A stretch of 64,000 nucleotides of DNA from an uncultured cyanobacterium. Lineage in GTDB: Bacteria; Cyanobacteriota; Cyanobacteriia; Cyanobacteriales; Cyanobacteriaceae. The DNA lies in NCBI GenBank assembly GCA_963710605.1, contig CAVQBA010000004.1, positions 256,001 to 320,000 on the forward strand, given 5' to 3'. Every line of letters starts with the position of its first letter. Positions within the stretch are counted from its first letter, which is position 1. This document shows, piece by piece, positions 10,872 through 21,988 of the stretch. The position numbers and the translations under genes were made by a program. The notes below the pieces were generated by a model. The model saw only the letters and a program-made list of their open reading frames with translations. It was not told where the DNA came from and searched no databases.

Positions 10872-11036
10872 CTATAGTGATTTCAAATAACAATGAGACA
10901 ATTTTGAGGTTTCAATTAGAGTTTAATTTATTAAACGGATGAGTGTTAGCGATGACAATGATAATTCAAGGCGGAATGAGAAATAATACTTCTACTATTA
11001 CCAATACTGTCTCAATCTTAATTGAAACGACTATAG
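10872..11036. mobile_element. MITE family B with IS630-like ~30-bp terminal inverted repeats
   Basis: Left CTATAGTGATTTCAAATAACAATGAGACA versus right (revcomp) CTATAGTCGTTTCAATTAAAGATTGAGACA. Related copies at 36029, 46574 and 49919. Confidence 0.75.
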
Positions 11037-11173
11037 CTAGTATTATTCGGGTCACTAATTACTGGAACGAGAGCGATAATAATTATGTGAGGTGAGGTTC
11101 AAAGTCAAAAAATCAAGAAATTAACTGATTTTAAGTTATAATCTACTGGCTACTTTGTCGCCTATAGTTTACA

Positions 11174-11494
11174 ATGGAAATTAGAATTTACCAAACCAAA
11201 GAAGGAAAACAGCCTTTTATCAAATGGTATGACAATCTTAAAGATCGATCTTATCAGTTACGAATCCGTAAAAAGTTACGTCAAATTACGCTTAATAATT
11301 TCGGTGATAGTAAATCTGTGGGAGATGGCGTTCATGAATTACGATTATTTTTTGGTAAAGGTTATCGAATTTATTACGCTAAACAAAGCAATGTCATTGT
11401 TTTACTTTTGCACAGAGGAGATAAATCAACTCAACAGAAGGATATAAATCAAGCAAAAGCTTATTGGCAAGATTATCAGAAAAGAAACAAATGA
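11174..11494 (+). CDS. RelE/ParE-family addiction-module toxin
   Basis: NFGDSKSVGDGVHELR..G.GYRIYY..GDKSTQ.KDI. Confidence 0.9.
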   Translation: MEIRIYQTKEGKQPFIKWYDNLKDRSYQLRIRKKLRQITLNNFGDSKSVGDGVHELRLFFGKGYRIYYAKQSNVIVLLLHRGDKSTQQKDINQAKAYWQDYQKRNK

Positions 11495-11799
11495 AACCTT
11501 ATACTAACTTTGAAGATTGGCATTTAGAACAATTAGCATCACCATCACAAGCAAGAGCTTATTTACAAATAGCTTTGGAAGATTATGAAAACGATCGTGA
11601 TACTGAAGCCTTTTTGTTAGCGATTCGTGATGTTGCTAAAGCAATGGGCGGTATCGGAAAATTGGCTGAGGAAACTAACCTTAATCGTCAAAGCCTTTAT
11701 AAAGCTCTTTCTAGTAACGGAAATCCTAGATTAGATACTTTACTAGCTATTTTACGTGGTTTGGGTTTTCGTTTATCTATTACCACTGTGGAAAACTAA
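11491..11799 (+). CDS. Addiction-module antidote (HTH)
   Basis: ATGA overlap with the toxin stop; LNRQSLYKALS..GNP.L.T. Confidence 0.9.
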   Translation: MKPYTNFEDWHLEQLASPSQARAYLQIALEDYENDRDTEAFLLAIRDVAKAMGGIGKLAEETNLNRQSLYKALSSNGNPRLDTLLAILRGLGFRLSITTVEN

Positions 11800-11955
11800 T
11801 AATTAATTAATTAATTTTAAGACTGAAGCTCACAACGATCGATCGTCGTTCGGAGGATGAAAGTACAATCGTGTCAGTTAAATACAGATTAATAACGATC
11901 GATTACCATTAACATTGGCATTGATCATGTCTAATTTCATTGTTCTTAGTTTGTA

Positions 11956-12351
11956 TCATGATTTAAAATCTTCTTGATAATATGTTCTAGATTTTATTTT
12001 TCCATTTACTTTTAATTCATACATAATTTTTTGTTTTTTATGGTGCCAGTACATATTTTCGATAGTAGCTTTTTTCCCTTGAGACGATCCATTTAAAATT
12101 TCTACTGTATCTTTAATAAAAAAACCATCAGTTTCTATTTGTTTATAAAGATCTGGTTTAACTCTAAATCTTTTTTGTCCATAAGATAAGCAAATATAGT
12201 TGCTATCTTCAGAAATACAAAAAAATACCTTCTTGTAAGCAGATAAAGTTTTAAATGATTCTAAATCTTGCGGATAAATATATCTTTGGGGTATATATTC
12301 TATAAACCAAGGATATATACCCCAAGTATTTTCAAATTCAGTCATTAACAA
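11956..12351 (-). CDS. Hypothetical protein (DUF6960-like, possible immunity protein)
   Basis: WGIYPWF, FRVKPDLY, WHHK..Y.L...GK.KSR.Y; position in the toxin island. Confidence 0.5.
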   Translation of the reverse strand: MLMTEFENTWGIYPWFIEYIPQRYIYPQDLESFKTLSAYKKVFFCISEDSNYICLSYGQKRFRVKPDLYKQIETDGFFIKDTVEILNGSSQGKKATIENMYWHHKKQKIMYELKVNGKIKSRTYYQEDFKS

Positions 12352-12453
12352 TATTCCTATACTAATCTGAATTAAAACCTTGAAAGTCTTTAGAAAATGC
12401 TTTTTCCGGTAGCTTATCTCTAAAAAATATTCTGTTTAGTTGCTATACATCAA

Positions 12454-14217
12454 TTATTCTGCGGTTTTTTTCCATTGAGCAATATTCCAAGTACGAGAAT
12501 CCCAAGGAGTTAACTCTACGCCAGTTAAATTATTAGCAACTCCCACAACCTCCGCTCGATGAATTAAAGGAATAACTACTGCTTCATTAATTAAAAAATC
12601 GTTCATTTGTTTAAAAATTTTAGCTCTAGTATCCGAGTCAAGTTCGGTGATAACTTGCTCCCAAAGTCGATCGTATTCTGGGTTACAATAACGAGAATAA
12701 TTATCCCCAGACCAATTATTTATTTGTTGAGGAATATTATCACACTTGTAAGTTTTAAAATAAGGAGTCGGGTTCGGGTTTAAGTTACCTGTTGTAAACA
12801 TTTGTACATCTGCATAAAAACGTTCAACTGTATCATTATTACTCGGATCACTAGAAAAGAAAACACTAGCATCAACGCTTTTTAATTCTACTTGTAAACC
12901 TAGTTGTTCCCAACTTTGTTTGATTACTGCTTGAGTTTTTTGTCTAAGAGGATTAACCGAGGTTTGAAACACCATCTTCATTTCTACACCATTTTTATCT
13001 CTAACGCCATCATTATTACTATCTTGCCAACCTGCTTCATCTAATAGCTGTTTGGCTTTTTCTAAGTTGTATGTAAATTCAGCATTCTGATTAGAGACAT
13101 ATTCTGGTGGAGAAACTAAAAAATTATCCGTGACTTTACCTGTAACGCCATAAAGTTGCTCAGCCACAACGGTTTTATTAGTAGCTAAAGCTAAAGCTTG
13201 ACGTACTTTTACATCACTTAAAAACGGATGAGGATTTTCGACACTAGCTCTTTCTCCGTTACTTCCTATTTTATTAGGATCGGTATAATTCATTAAGATT
13301 CGTTCGCTGAGTGAACCAAAATTCGTAACTACTTTACCTTTACCACCTTGGCTAAGTTCGTCTAATATTTTAGCTTCTACTTGTAAGTTATAGGCAAAAT
13401 CAGCATCTCCTGTTTGTAATACGGCTCTAGCGGCTGAGGTTGCATCTCCTCCGCCTTTAATTTCTACTGTCTCAAAGCCAAGGGTATCAAGATCACGATA
13501 ATAAGGATTTGGTTCGTATAGCACCGAATCACCGGGTTTGAATAATGTAACTTGGTATGGTCATGTACCGATCGGACGTAGGTTATAAGGAGCTTCACGA
13601 GCGTTTTCACCGTTGTAGTCAAGATATAAGTGTGCTGGTAAAATTGTACCTGCATTACCGACAAAAACTGATGACCATGCAGGTGTTACGTTATGAAAAT
13701 GAACTTTAACTGTATGATCATCAATTATTTCTACTTGTTTGACGATCGTATAATCTCCACTTGTAACTGTTCCAACAAGGGGATTAGTCACAAAATCGTA
13801 GGTGAAAGCGACATCTTCAGCGGAAAAAGGTTCTCCATCAGACCATTTTACATCATCTCGCAGTTTCCAAGTTACAGATAAACCATCCTCTGCTACTCCT
13901 CCATTCTCTAGACTGGGTATTTCCTGAGCCAGAATCGGGATTAATTCTCCTTCTTGATTAAAACTGGCTAAAGGCTCAAGGGTGATACGACTAGCTTCTG
14001 CATCTTTAAATCCTGTGGAAAGATGAGGATTAAGAATTGTGGGTGCTTGCCAGTAGATCATTTTTAATTCTTTAGTTTGACGATCGCCGATGAAGGGTGT
14101 TTCGATCCCAGTTTGATTATTATCAGTATTAGGATTGTTACTATTACAACTGACTAAACTCAGTAGGCTAACGATCGAGACAATTGATAAAATTAAAGAT
14201 GATCTTGATTTATTCAT
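12454..14217 (-). pseudogene. Peptide ABC transporter substrate-binding lipoprotein with one in-frame TGA
   Basis: The two ORFs are in the same frame. PIGT*PYQ at 13561-13563 replaces conserved PIGTGPY. Lipobox LVSC. The stop may be a sequence error. Confidence 0.88.
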
Positions 14218-14349
14218 GAATATTTTAAGTTGGAATGATACAAAAATAGAGCGTTAATGATTAATAAGAGCTAATTGTTCTTAAACTATATTTTAAGTTT
14301 TTTTCCGTTTTTTTAACATTTATACCCAAAGTTTTAGTAAAGTATTAAC

Positions 14350-15915
14350 ATGACTAACCAACTTCCTTTATTTCCACCACGTACTGTTGAAGAATTGATT
14401 GATGATATTAAAATTCTCACAGCAGAAATTCAAACTTTGTATTGTCAAGACCAAATTCCTTGGGTGATTGGTTATAGTGGTGGTAAGGATAGTTCTACTA
14501 TTGTTCAACTTATCTGGAATGCGATCGCTGGCTTACCGATCGAAAAAAGACAAAAAAAAGTTTATGTAATCACCACAGATACTTTAGTTGAAAATCCTTT
14601 AGTAGCTCATTGGGTGACAGGTTGTCTAAAACAAATGGAGAAAACGGCAAAAGCACAACAAATGCCTTTTGAGACTCATTTACTTACACCCGCGGTTAAA
14701 AATAGTTTTTGGGTATGTTTGATTGGTAAAGGTTATCCCGCTCCTCGTCGAGGATTCCGCTGGTGTACAGACAGGATGAAAATTAAACCTGCTGAAAGTT
14801 TTATTCGTGAAAGAGTTCGTCATCACGGAGAAGTTATTTTAGTTTTAGGCACTCGTAAAGCTGAAAGTAATACTCGTAAAAGAGGAATGGAAAAAAGAGA
14901 AGAAAAATTGAGAGTACAAGAGCGTTTAAATCTGCATTCTCGTTTACCTAATTCTTATACTTACACACCGATCGAAGATTGGCGTACCGACGAAGTTTGG
15001 TTATATTTACTGCAATGGGAGAATCCTTGGGGAGGAGATAACCAAGATTTGTTTAGTCTCTATCGTGGGGCAACTGCTGATAATGAATGCCCTTTAGTCG
15101 TTGATACTTCTACTCCTAGTTGTGGTGATTCTCGTTTTGGTTGTTGGGTATGCACGATGGTAAGTAAAGATAAATCGATGGAGGCGATGGTTCAAAATGA
15201 TGAAGAAAAAGAATGGCTACAACCGTTATTGGATTTACGTAATGAATTAGACATTAAAGACGATCGAGATAAACGTGATTTTCGACGTATTTATGGCAAA
15301 GTCGAATTATTTGAGCGTAATGTTGATGGTGGCACATCGATAGAACCTATACCTGGTCCTTACGTCAAGCCGTGGCGTGAATATTGGCTAACTAAACTAT
15401 TAGAAGCACAAGCAAATATTCAAACAAATGCACCGAGTGAATTTAAAAATATCGAGTTGATTTCTGTGGAAGAATTAAGTGAAATTCGTCGTATTTGGTT
15501 AGAAGAAAAACATGAGTTTGACGATAGCTTACCACGTATTTATCAACAAATATTAAAACAAGACTTTATTGATCCACGTATCGGTGTTGATAATAGCTTG
15601 TTGGGTAGTGAAGAATGGCAAATACTCGAACAGTTATGTGAAGAAGATGCGATGCACTTAGAATTAATGGCTCGGTTATTGGATGTTGAACGACAATATT
15701 TTACTAAAGTTCGTCGTGTTGGGATTTATCAAGCTTTAGAAAAATGCTTTGAAACTAGTTCTCGATCGAAAGATGAGGCGATCGAAAACGCTCGTTATAT
15801 CCAAGAAATTAAACAAGCCGCTCGTGAAGGCGATGTCAAGAGTTTGCAACAAAAATTAACTTGGCAGGATTATAAATTTGCTCAAAAACCAAATAAGCTA
15901 GAAGAAGAAGATTAA
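14350..15915 (+). CDS. dndC: DNA phosphorothioation sulfurtransferase DndC
   Basis: PP-loop SGGKDS, DTLVENP, GKGYPAP..FRWCT, ECPLVVDTSTPSCGDSRFGCWVC. Confidence 0.93.
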   Translation: MTNQLPLFPPRTVEELIDDIKILTAEIQTLYCQDQIPWVIGYSGGKDSSTIVQLIWNAIAGLPIEKRQKKVYVITTDTLVENPLVAHWVTGCLKQMEKTAKAQQMPFETHLLTPAVKNSFWVCLIGKGYPAPRRGFRWCTDRMKIKPAESFIRERVRHHGEVILVLGTRKAESNTRKRGMEKREEKLRVQERLNLHSRLPNSYTYTPIEDWRTDEVWLYLLQWENPWGGDNQDLFSLYRGATADNECPLVVDTSTPSCGDSRFGCWVCTMVSKDKSMEAMVQNDEEKEWLQPLLDLRNELDIKDDRDKRDFRRIYGKVELFERNVDGGTSIEPIPGPYVKPWREYWLTKLLEAQANIQTNAPSEFKNIELISVEELSEIRRIWLEEKHEFDDSLPRIYQQILKQDFIDPRIGVDNSLLGSEEWQILEQLCEEDAMHLELMARLLDVERQYFTKVRRVGIYQALEKCFETSSRSKDEAIENARYIQEIKQAAREGDVKSLQQKLTWQDYKFAQKPNKLEEED

Positions 15916-16031
15916 TTTTCAATGCCCATAAAATTTTGATCATAAATTAAACAGATATTTTAACTACTAGTTAGAACGACAAAATAGAGAAGAATCGATC
16001 GTTATTTAAACAAGACAAATTGAGTAGTCAA

Positions 16032-16589
16032 TCAATTATTTAATTCATTTTCATTTTCTTTAGGCATTGCTCCAAAAATGGCATCAGCATCGATAGTCAA
16101 GATAATATCACCGTCATCTATAATCAAATATCCTTGTAAAAAAGGAGCTAATTGTTCAGTAACCGCCGAAGCTGGAGGAGAATAAATTTGATTGAGATTA
16201 CACGTTTGGATTTCATCAATATTACTAACAACTAAACCAACTAAATCTCCTGAAGTCCGATTTTTTTGATCTTGACTACTAGGATGAATAACCACAGCAT
16301 TATGTTTTGAGCCGACAAAAGACTGCTCATACCAAGGAGAAAAACCTAATAATTGCCCCAAATCGATCATCCAGACAATTTGCCCTCTCCAATTATAAAC
16401 ACCCATTACCCAAGCTGGCATTTGCGGAATAGGAACAATTTGCCCTAAGGGAATTTTCAAAACCGCCGCAATTTCAGATAAACTAATCATCAAATTAGTA
16501 TCAGGCAAGAGATTAAAACGTAAAAATTGATTTAGTTGCGAGTCTTGATTTGAAGAGTCAGAAAGAGAAAAAAATTGTTGTTCACTCAT
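16032..16589 (-). CDS. cheW: CheW-like adaptor
   Basis: IVPIPQMPAWVMGVYNWRG. Confidence 0.9.
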   Translation of the reverse strand: MSEQQFFSLSDSSNQDSQLNQFLRFNLLPDTNLMISLSEIAAVLKIPLGQIVPIPQMPAWVMGVYNWRGQIVWMIDLGQLLGFSPWYEQSFVGSKHNAVVIHPSSQDQKNRTSGDLVGLVVSNIDEIQTCNLNQIYSPPASAVTEQLAPFLQGYLIIDDGDIILTIDADAIFGAMPKENENELNN

Positions 16590-16654
16590 ATTTTTTGGGC
16601 TTGTTGTTGGTTAACAGTGGTTAACTTGTAAATTAAGCACAAGGATAAAAATAT

Positions 16655-17017
16655 TTAGGCAATTAGCTTTTTAACTGCTAAATGTAATTCATCTTTATCA
16701 ACTGGTTTGGGTATATAAGCGTCAGCACCTTGTTTCATTCCCCAAAACTTATCCATTTCACTTCCTTTGGTTGAACAAATAATGATCGGAATTTTTTTGG
16801 TGGTATCATCAGCTTTTATTTGCCGACAAATTTCAAAACCACTTTTACCAGGTAAGACAACATCTAAAATAGCTAAATCTGGGGTATTTGTTTTGAGTTT
16901 TTCTAGTGCTTCTTCTCCTGTTTCGGCTGTGGTGACTGTAATCCCTAATTCTTGCATATAACCTACTAAGATATTTCTTTCAGTGGAAGAATCATCGACA
17001 ATTAATACGTTTGCCAT
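16655..17017 (-). CDS. CheY-like response regulator
   Basis: Single REC domain, WGMKQGADAYIPKP. Confidence 0.9.
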   Translation of the reverse strand: MANVLIVDDSSTERNILVGYMQELGITVTTAETGEEALEKLKTNTPDLAILDVVLPGKSGFEICRQIKADDTTKKIPIIICSTKGSEMDKFWGMKQGADAYIPKPVDKDELHLAVKKLIA

Positions 17018-17134
17018 TACTTTACCTCTAAATATTTATTTTTAATTTTTTATTTAAACAAAAAAAAATTTTCAAATTTGCTCAACAAATGCTATATTAT
17101 TCATTGTCAATTGTCAATCGTTAATTGTCAATTA

Positions 17135-18340
17135 TTACGATACTGTTAATTTGAGATGTTTACGAATTGTTTCGAGTACAACATTTGCATCAACAGGTTT
17201 ACTAATAAAATCAGATGAACCGACCATTTTAGCTCTGACTCGATCAACTATACCATCATTACCTGTTAGAATCACGATCGGTGTATTTTTAAAAAAAGTT
17301 AGTTTTCTTAATTGACTACAAATTTCGTAACCGTTAGTATTAGGCATAATTAAATCTAAAAAAATCAAGTCAGGTTTTTTAGCTAACAACATGGCAATTG
17401 CTCTTAAAGCATCATTAACACCAACGAAATTATAACCAGCAGAGGTAATAATTTTTTCCATCGTTTGGTAGATTAATGGGCTATCATCAACACAAGCGAT
17501 CGTAATCTTATGATTACTGACCATGCTACTATTTAAATTATTCTTTTCAGGTAATGATGGTGGTTCTAAATCAGAAATATTAATTAATCTGACCAAACCT
17601 CTTTGTACATAAGGTAAAAGAGAGCGAGTCACAATTACTACATCTTTTTTCATTCTGACGGCTAAATCTCTAAGAGTTTGTTTGCCATCAAGTAATTGCG
17701 TTAAGGTGTAATATAGTTTAGGATTAGTTTGTTGTTGTAATTCTTGCGGTTGCGTGATGATAGGAGCCATATTCGGAGAGCGATCGGCTATTTTAGCACC
17801 TTGCCACGAATGCCATAAAGCTTGTCCTTGAGCAATAACTTGCTCGGCATCAATTAATGCTAAACGAGTAGAAAAAGGTAAATTTTTATTCTGTTTTAAT
17901 TGGCAAGTTATTTGCATCACTTGAGTCACATCAAACAAAACTTCAACCATCGTGTGACGAATCATATTCGTGGCTTGTTCGAGGGTTATTTTTTGTTGTT
18001 CAACCCAAAGACATAATAATTCGTATTCCCAACAGTTACGATCGTCTTCTAATTCTAAACTATTGATATCAGCTTGTATCGTACTCATCTGTGATGGTAG
18101 ATGAGATAAATGAGCAATTAAATTACGTCGCCATCTTCGATTAGGATGATTTCCCCCTGTTGCATAGACTAATCTACCTAAATAAAGATAAAATACCCAT
18201 TGAGTTTTTTGAGGACTTGTCAGTAGTAATTGACCACTAAATCGAGGTTGTTTGAGATTTTCAAAAAAACCTGTTTGTTTTAAACCTGTAAATTCTTTAA
18301 ATGGTATAGGACTACTATAGTTACTGTCTTTAGAGGTCAT
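17135..18340 (-). CDS. PatA-family response regulator
   Basis: PATAN-type N-terminus plus C-terminal REC; first gene of the taxis cluster. Confidence 0.88.
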   Translation of the reverse strand: MTSKDSNYSSPIPFKEFTGLKQTGFFENLKQPRFSGQLLLTSPQKTQWVFYLYLGRLVYATGGNHPNRRWRRNLIAHLSHLPSQMSTIQADINSLELEDDRNCWEYELLCLWVEQQKITLEQATNMIRHTMVEVLFDVTQVMQITCQLKQNKNLPFSTRLALIDAEQVIAQGQALWHSWQGAKIADRSPNMAPIITQPQELQQQTNPKLYYTLTQLLDGKQTLRDLAVRMKKDVVIVTRSLLPYVQRGLVRLINISDLEPPSLPEKNNLNSSMVSNHKITIACVDDSPLIYQTMEKIITSAGYNFVGVNDALRAIAMLLAKKPDLIFLDLIMPNTNGYEICSQLRKLTFFKNTPIVILTGNDGIVDRVRAKMVGSSDFISKPVDANVVLETIRKHLKLTVS

Positions 18341-18422
18341 TGGTTTGGATTATATAGATACATACTGACAAAATTAATCTCCCATTTTAGGTTATCACAA
18401 TTATCACAAAACAGTTACAGTA

Positions 18423-19703
18423 CTATTGACTAGGTGTAGAAATAGCACTTAGGCGAACTTTTTGACCATCTTTTAATTTACTCGTACTTCTAACCACTAT
18501 TTGTTCTTCGGGAGCAACTCCTGATAATATTTCAACTTGACTGTTATTTTTTTTACCCAGATTAACTAGTCTTGCTTCTACTGTATTATCCTGATTTTGG
18601 TTAGTTAAGACAAATACGATATTGTTTTGTTTATTTTCCTCAATATCCAATGCTGATTGGGGTATGACAATTGGTGCTTTTGTCTCATCTATAAATGTCA
18701 CCCTAGCTAGTAAACCACTTTTAATTTCGGCGTTAGCATTACTAACTAATATTTCAATCGGTATTTGACGTGCTTGTACTTCAGCTACAGGAGAAATTTT
18801 TTGAACAATACCAATTAGTTTTTTATCTTCAAAAGCATCTAAGGTTACTGTAACTTGTTTATTTAAGCTAACTTGATTTAAATCTAACTCCGAAATTGTT
18901 AGTTTGACTTTTATTTGACTTAAATCACCAATTTTGATCACTTCTTCTCCTACTCTGAGTAAACTACCTACCTCGGTGAGTTTTTCGAGTACATAACCGT
19001 CACTAGGTGCAATTATGGTATTGAATGTTAATCTTTTTTGCTCGGCTTGAATGAGTGCTTGTTGACTTTTTATTTGATTGGCAATAGTCGTAATTCTTGC
19101 TTGTCTAACTTTTACTTGTGCTTGAGCAGAAATGACTAATTGTTGGTTTGTTTGTGCTTGAGTACGAGCTAATTCTACATCTCTTAAAGCAATCGCACCT
19201 TCTCTATTTAATTCTTTTAAACGCTCATAATCTATCTGACTTTGCTCTAACTCTATTTGTGCTGATTTGATATTAGCAATCGCTGAATTTACTTCGGCTT
19301 TGGCTTCTACTAACAATGATTGTAATTCACTTAACCGAGCTTGAGCTTGTGTTAGTGCTACTTGAGCTAGACTGTCATCTAGTTTAGCAATTACTTGTCC
19401 TTGCCTAACCATGTCACCTACATCTACAGTTAAACCTAATAACTGCCCTTGTGTTTGCGATCGAATGATGACTTCTTTTATTGGTTCTGTTGTACCAATA
19501 TAAGTTCGTGGTTGAGTTAATCTTTGTCGAGACACAGTGACAATATCTACCGCAGGCAAACGAGAGCTATTATTAACTAATGGTACATCTTCGGTGGCTG
19601 GTTTTGTCTCAAATAAAGATAAACATCCAGTGAGGGGAAGCAAAAATAACAAACTAATCGATAATTGATAATCAAAAAATTTCCATTTTTTATTTTTACT
19701 CAT
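18423..19703 (-). CDS. RND efflux periplasmic adaptor subunit
   Basis: Lipobox LTGC, lipoyl half-motifs around a coiled coil. Confidence 0.88.
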   Translation of the reverse strand: MSKNKKWKFFDYQLSISLLFLLPLTGCLSLFETKPATEDVPLVNNSSRLPAVDIVTVSRQRLTQPRTYIGTTEPIKEVIIRSQTQGQLLGLTVDVGDMVRQGQVIAKLDDSLAQVALTQAQARLSELQSLLVEAKAEVNSAIANIKSAQIELEQSQIDYERLKELNREGAIALRDVELARTQAQTNQQLVISAQAQVKVRQARITTIANQIKSQQALIQAEQKRLTFNTIIAPSDGYVLEKLTEVGSLLRVGEEVIKIGDLSQIKVKLTISELDLNQVSLNKQVTVTLDAFEDKKLIGIVQKISPVAEVQARQIPIEILVSNANAEIKSGLLARVTFIDETKAPIVIPQSALDIEENKQNNIVFVLTNQNQDNTVEARLVNLGKKNNSQVEILSGVAPEEQIVVRSTSKLKDGQKVRLSAISTPSQ

Positions 19704-19926
19704 TACTCATTACTTGTTACTCATTATTAATTATTTTACTCAATTAATAATTGACTTGTCGCTATATCAGTCAATAACTCAATTTTATTTTGGTAATCGT
19801 AGTTAGTCCTTAATTTGTATAATATCTGTCTAGAATCAGTCCATTAAAAATAGAGAATTAATGAACAATTATCAATTGTCAATTGTTCACTACTATGATG
19901 GAGTAGAATATTTTAGTTTGGAATAT

Positions 19927-21504
19927 ATGAGTATAGAATCATCTGTTGCCGAAATTTCAATCGAAGATAGTTTAGAACAGTTTTTAATTGTTTTATCGAT
20001 ATCTTTAGCAGTTGCTACCACTTCGCGTGTGTTTAGTTGGTTAAGACAAATTCCTTATACCTTACTGTTAGTTATCGTCGGTTTATGTCTGGCTTTCGTC
20101 AATATTAGATTAGTTAGCTTATCTCCTGAGTTAATTTTAGAAATCTTTTTACCGCCATTGTTATTTGAAGCGGCTTGGAATATCCGTTGGAAATCGTTAA
20201 AAGAAAGTTTCACTCCTGTAATTCTGTTAGCGATTTTGGGAGTTGTAATCAGTGTTAGCGGTGTCTCCTTTGGTTTGAGCTATTTCACCGATCTTTCCTT
20301 GCCTACGGCATTACTTATTGGTGCTAGTTTATCAGCAACCGATCCTGTTTCTGTGGTAGCTTTATTTAGAGAGTTAGGTGCAAGCAAAAAACTTACTACC
20401 GTTATGGAAGGAGAAAGTCTTTTTAATGACGGGGTAGCTGTAGTTGCCTTTATCATACTTGTCGGTATTCCTTTAGGTACACAACAATTTACTGTTACTA
20501 ACACAATTGTTCAATTTGGTACTTTTGTTGGTGTTGGTGTTGGCGCAGGATTATTGATTGGTTTTGGTATCTCTTATCTAACGCAACGTTTTGATATACC
20601 TTTAGTTGAGCAATCTTTAACTTTGGTTTCTGCTTATGGTACATATCTTCTGACTGAAAAGTTAGGTGGTTCTGGTGTAATTGGTGTTGTTACAGTAGGT
20701 ATCATTCTCGGTAATTTTGGCTCACGTATCGGGATGAATCCTCGTACTCGTTTGGTGGTATCTGAGTTTTGGGATTTCCTCGCTTTTTTCGTTAATTCGA
20801 TCGTTTTCTTACTGATTGGTGATCAAATTGAGATTAGAAATTTGGCGGTTAATTTTGATTTAATCATCGTAGCGATTATTTCTGTGGTGGTTAGCCGTTT
20901 TGTCTCTATCTTTGTTTTATGTTATATAAGTAATTTGATTACTGTAAATGACCTCAATTGGCGAGAACAAACGATCCTTTGGTGGGGAGGTTTGAGGGGT
21001 TCGGTTTCGATCGCTTTAGCCCTTAGTGTACCTGTTGTTTTATCGGGCAGACAAGAAGTAATCGAAACTGTTTTTGGTGTAGTTTTATTTACTTTATTAG
21101 TACAAGGTTTAACTACCAAATTTTTCTTGAACAAACTTGGTTTAATTGGTGATCAAGCTATCAAACAAGAGTATTCTGAATTATTAGCTAGAAGAATAGC
21201 CCTTAATAAAGTGTTAGATGCACTTAAAGAGGTTGAATTAGAAGATAATCCTGAAATGGATTCTGAGTTTTTAGCTTATGAGGAGAAGCTAATTACAGGG
21301 CAATTAGATACTATTAAAGAAAAAATAGTGAAAATTCAACAAAATAATCCCGAATTTAAAACTTTATCAATGGAAAAACTCAGAGAAGTTCTTTTAGATG
21401 TAGAAGCAAATGCCTATGCAGAATTAATTTCTCAAGGTGTTTTAGGTGATAATCTTTCTCCTATTTTACAAGAGATTATTGCTAATGAAAAAATAGCTGG
21501 TTAA
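19927..21504 (+). CDS. CPA1 Na+/H+ antiporter (NhaP/NhaS type)
   Basis: LPPLLFEA, ATDPVSV, EGESLFNDG, GGLRG. Start moved to ATG 19927 because the upstream part is a heptamer repeat. Confidence 0.92.
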   Translation: MSIESSVAEISIEDSLEQFLIVLSISLAVATTSRVFSWLRQIPYTLLLVIVGLCLAFVNIRLVSLSPELILEIFLPPLLFEAAWNIRWKSLKESFTPVILLAILGVVISVSGVSFGLSYFTDLSLPTALLIGASLSATDPVSVVALFRELGASKKLTTVMEGESLFNDGVAVVAFIILVGIPLGTQQFTVTNTIVQFGTFVGVGVGAGLLIGFGISYLTQRFDIPLVEQSLTLVSAYGTYLLTEKLGGSGVIGVVTVGIILGNFGSRIGMNPRTRLVVSEFWDFLAFFVNSIVFLLIGDQIEIRNLAVNFDLIIVAIISVVVSRFVSIFVLCYISNLITVNDLNWREQTILWWGGLRGSVSIALALSVPVVLSGRQEVIETVFGVVLFTLLVQGLTTKFFLNKLGLIGDQAIKQEYSELLARRIALNKVLDALKEVELEDNPEMDSEFLAYEEKLITGQLDTIKEKIVKIQQNNPEFKTLSMEKLREVLLDVEANAYAELISQGVLGDNLSPILQEIIANEKIAG

Positions 21505-21651
21505 TACTTGTAATAGTTAATAATTAACAATCGAGCATTTATTGATTAGTTAATACTTTTGTTACCTCTTTTAATTCCTTTCACTAAAAGAAAGTGTTAA
21601 GAGAGGTGATCAATATAAACATAGTCGTCTTGTTAGAATTAAAATAAAAAA

Positions 21652-21900
21652 ATGACAACTAAAGATAAATCCAGAACTTTAATAGACTATTTAAACTTAA
21701 ATTATCCGATTACTTTTTATCCAGAAACAGAAGGAGGATATACAGTAATTATCTCAGATTTACCAGGTTGTATATCCGAAGGAGAGAGCTTAGAAGAAGC
21801 AATGGAAAATATATTAGATGCTAAAAAAGCATGGTTGGAAATTGCGTGGAAATATCAAGACGAAATACCTTTACCTAATACATTCAAAAACTCTAAATAA
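21652..21900 (+). CDS. HicB-family antitoxin
   Basis: GGYTV.I.DLPGCISEGESLEEA..IPLP. Confidence 0.88.
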   Translation: MTTKDKSRTLIDYLNLNYPITFYPETEGGYTVIISDLPGCISEGESLEEAMENILDAKKAWLEIAWKYQDEIPLPNTFKNSK

Positions 21901-21988
21901 TTATAACAAGATGTTTAATTAATGGGAAAGAGTGAACGTCTTCAAAAACTAACAATTCAAACTAGTTTGTTATCACTTTTATTTATGC

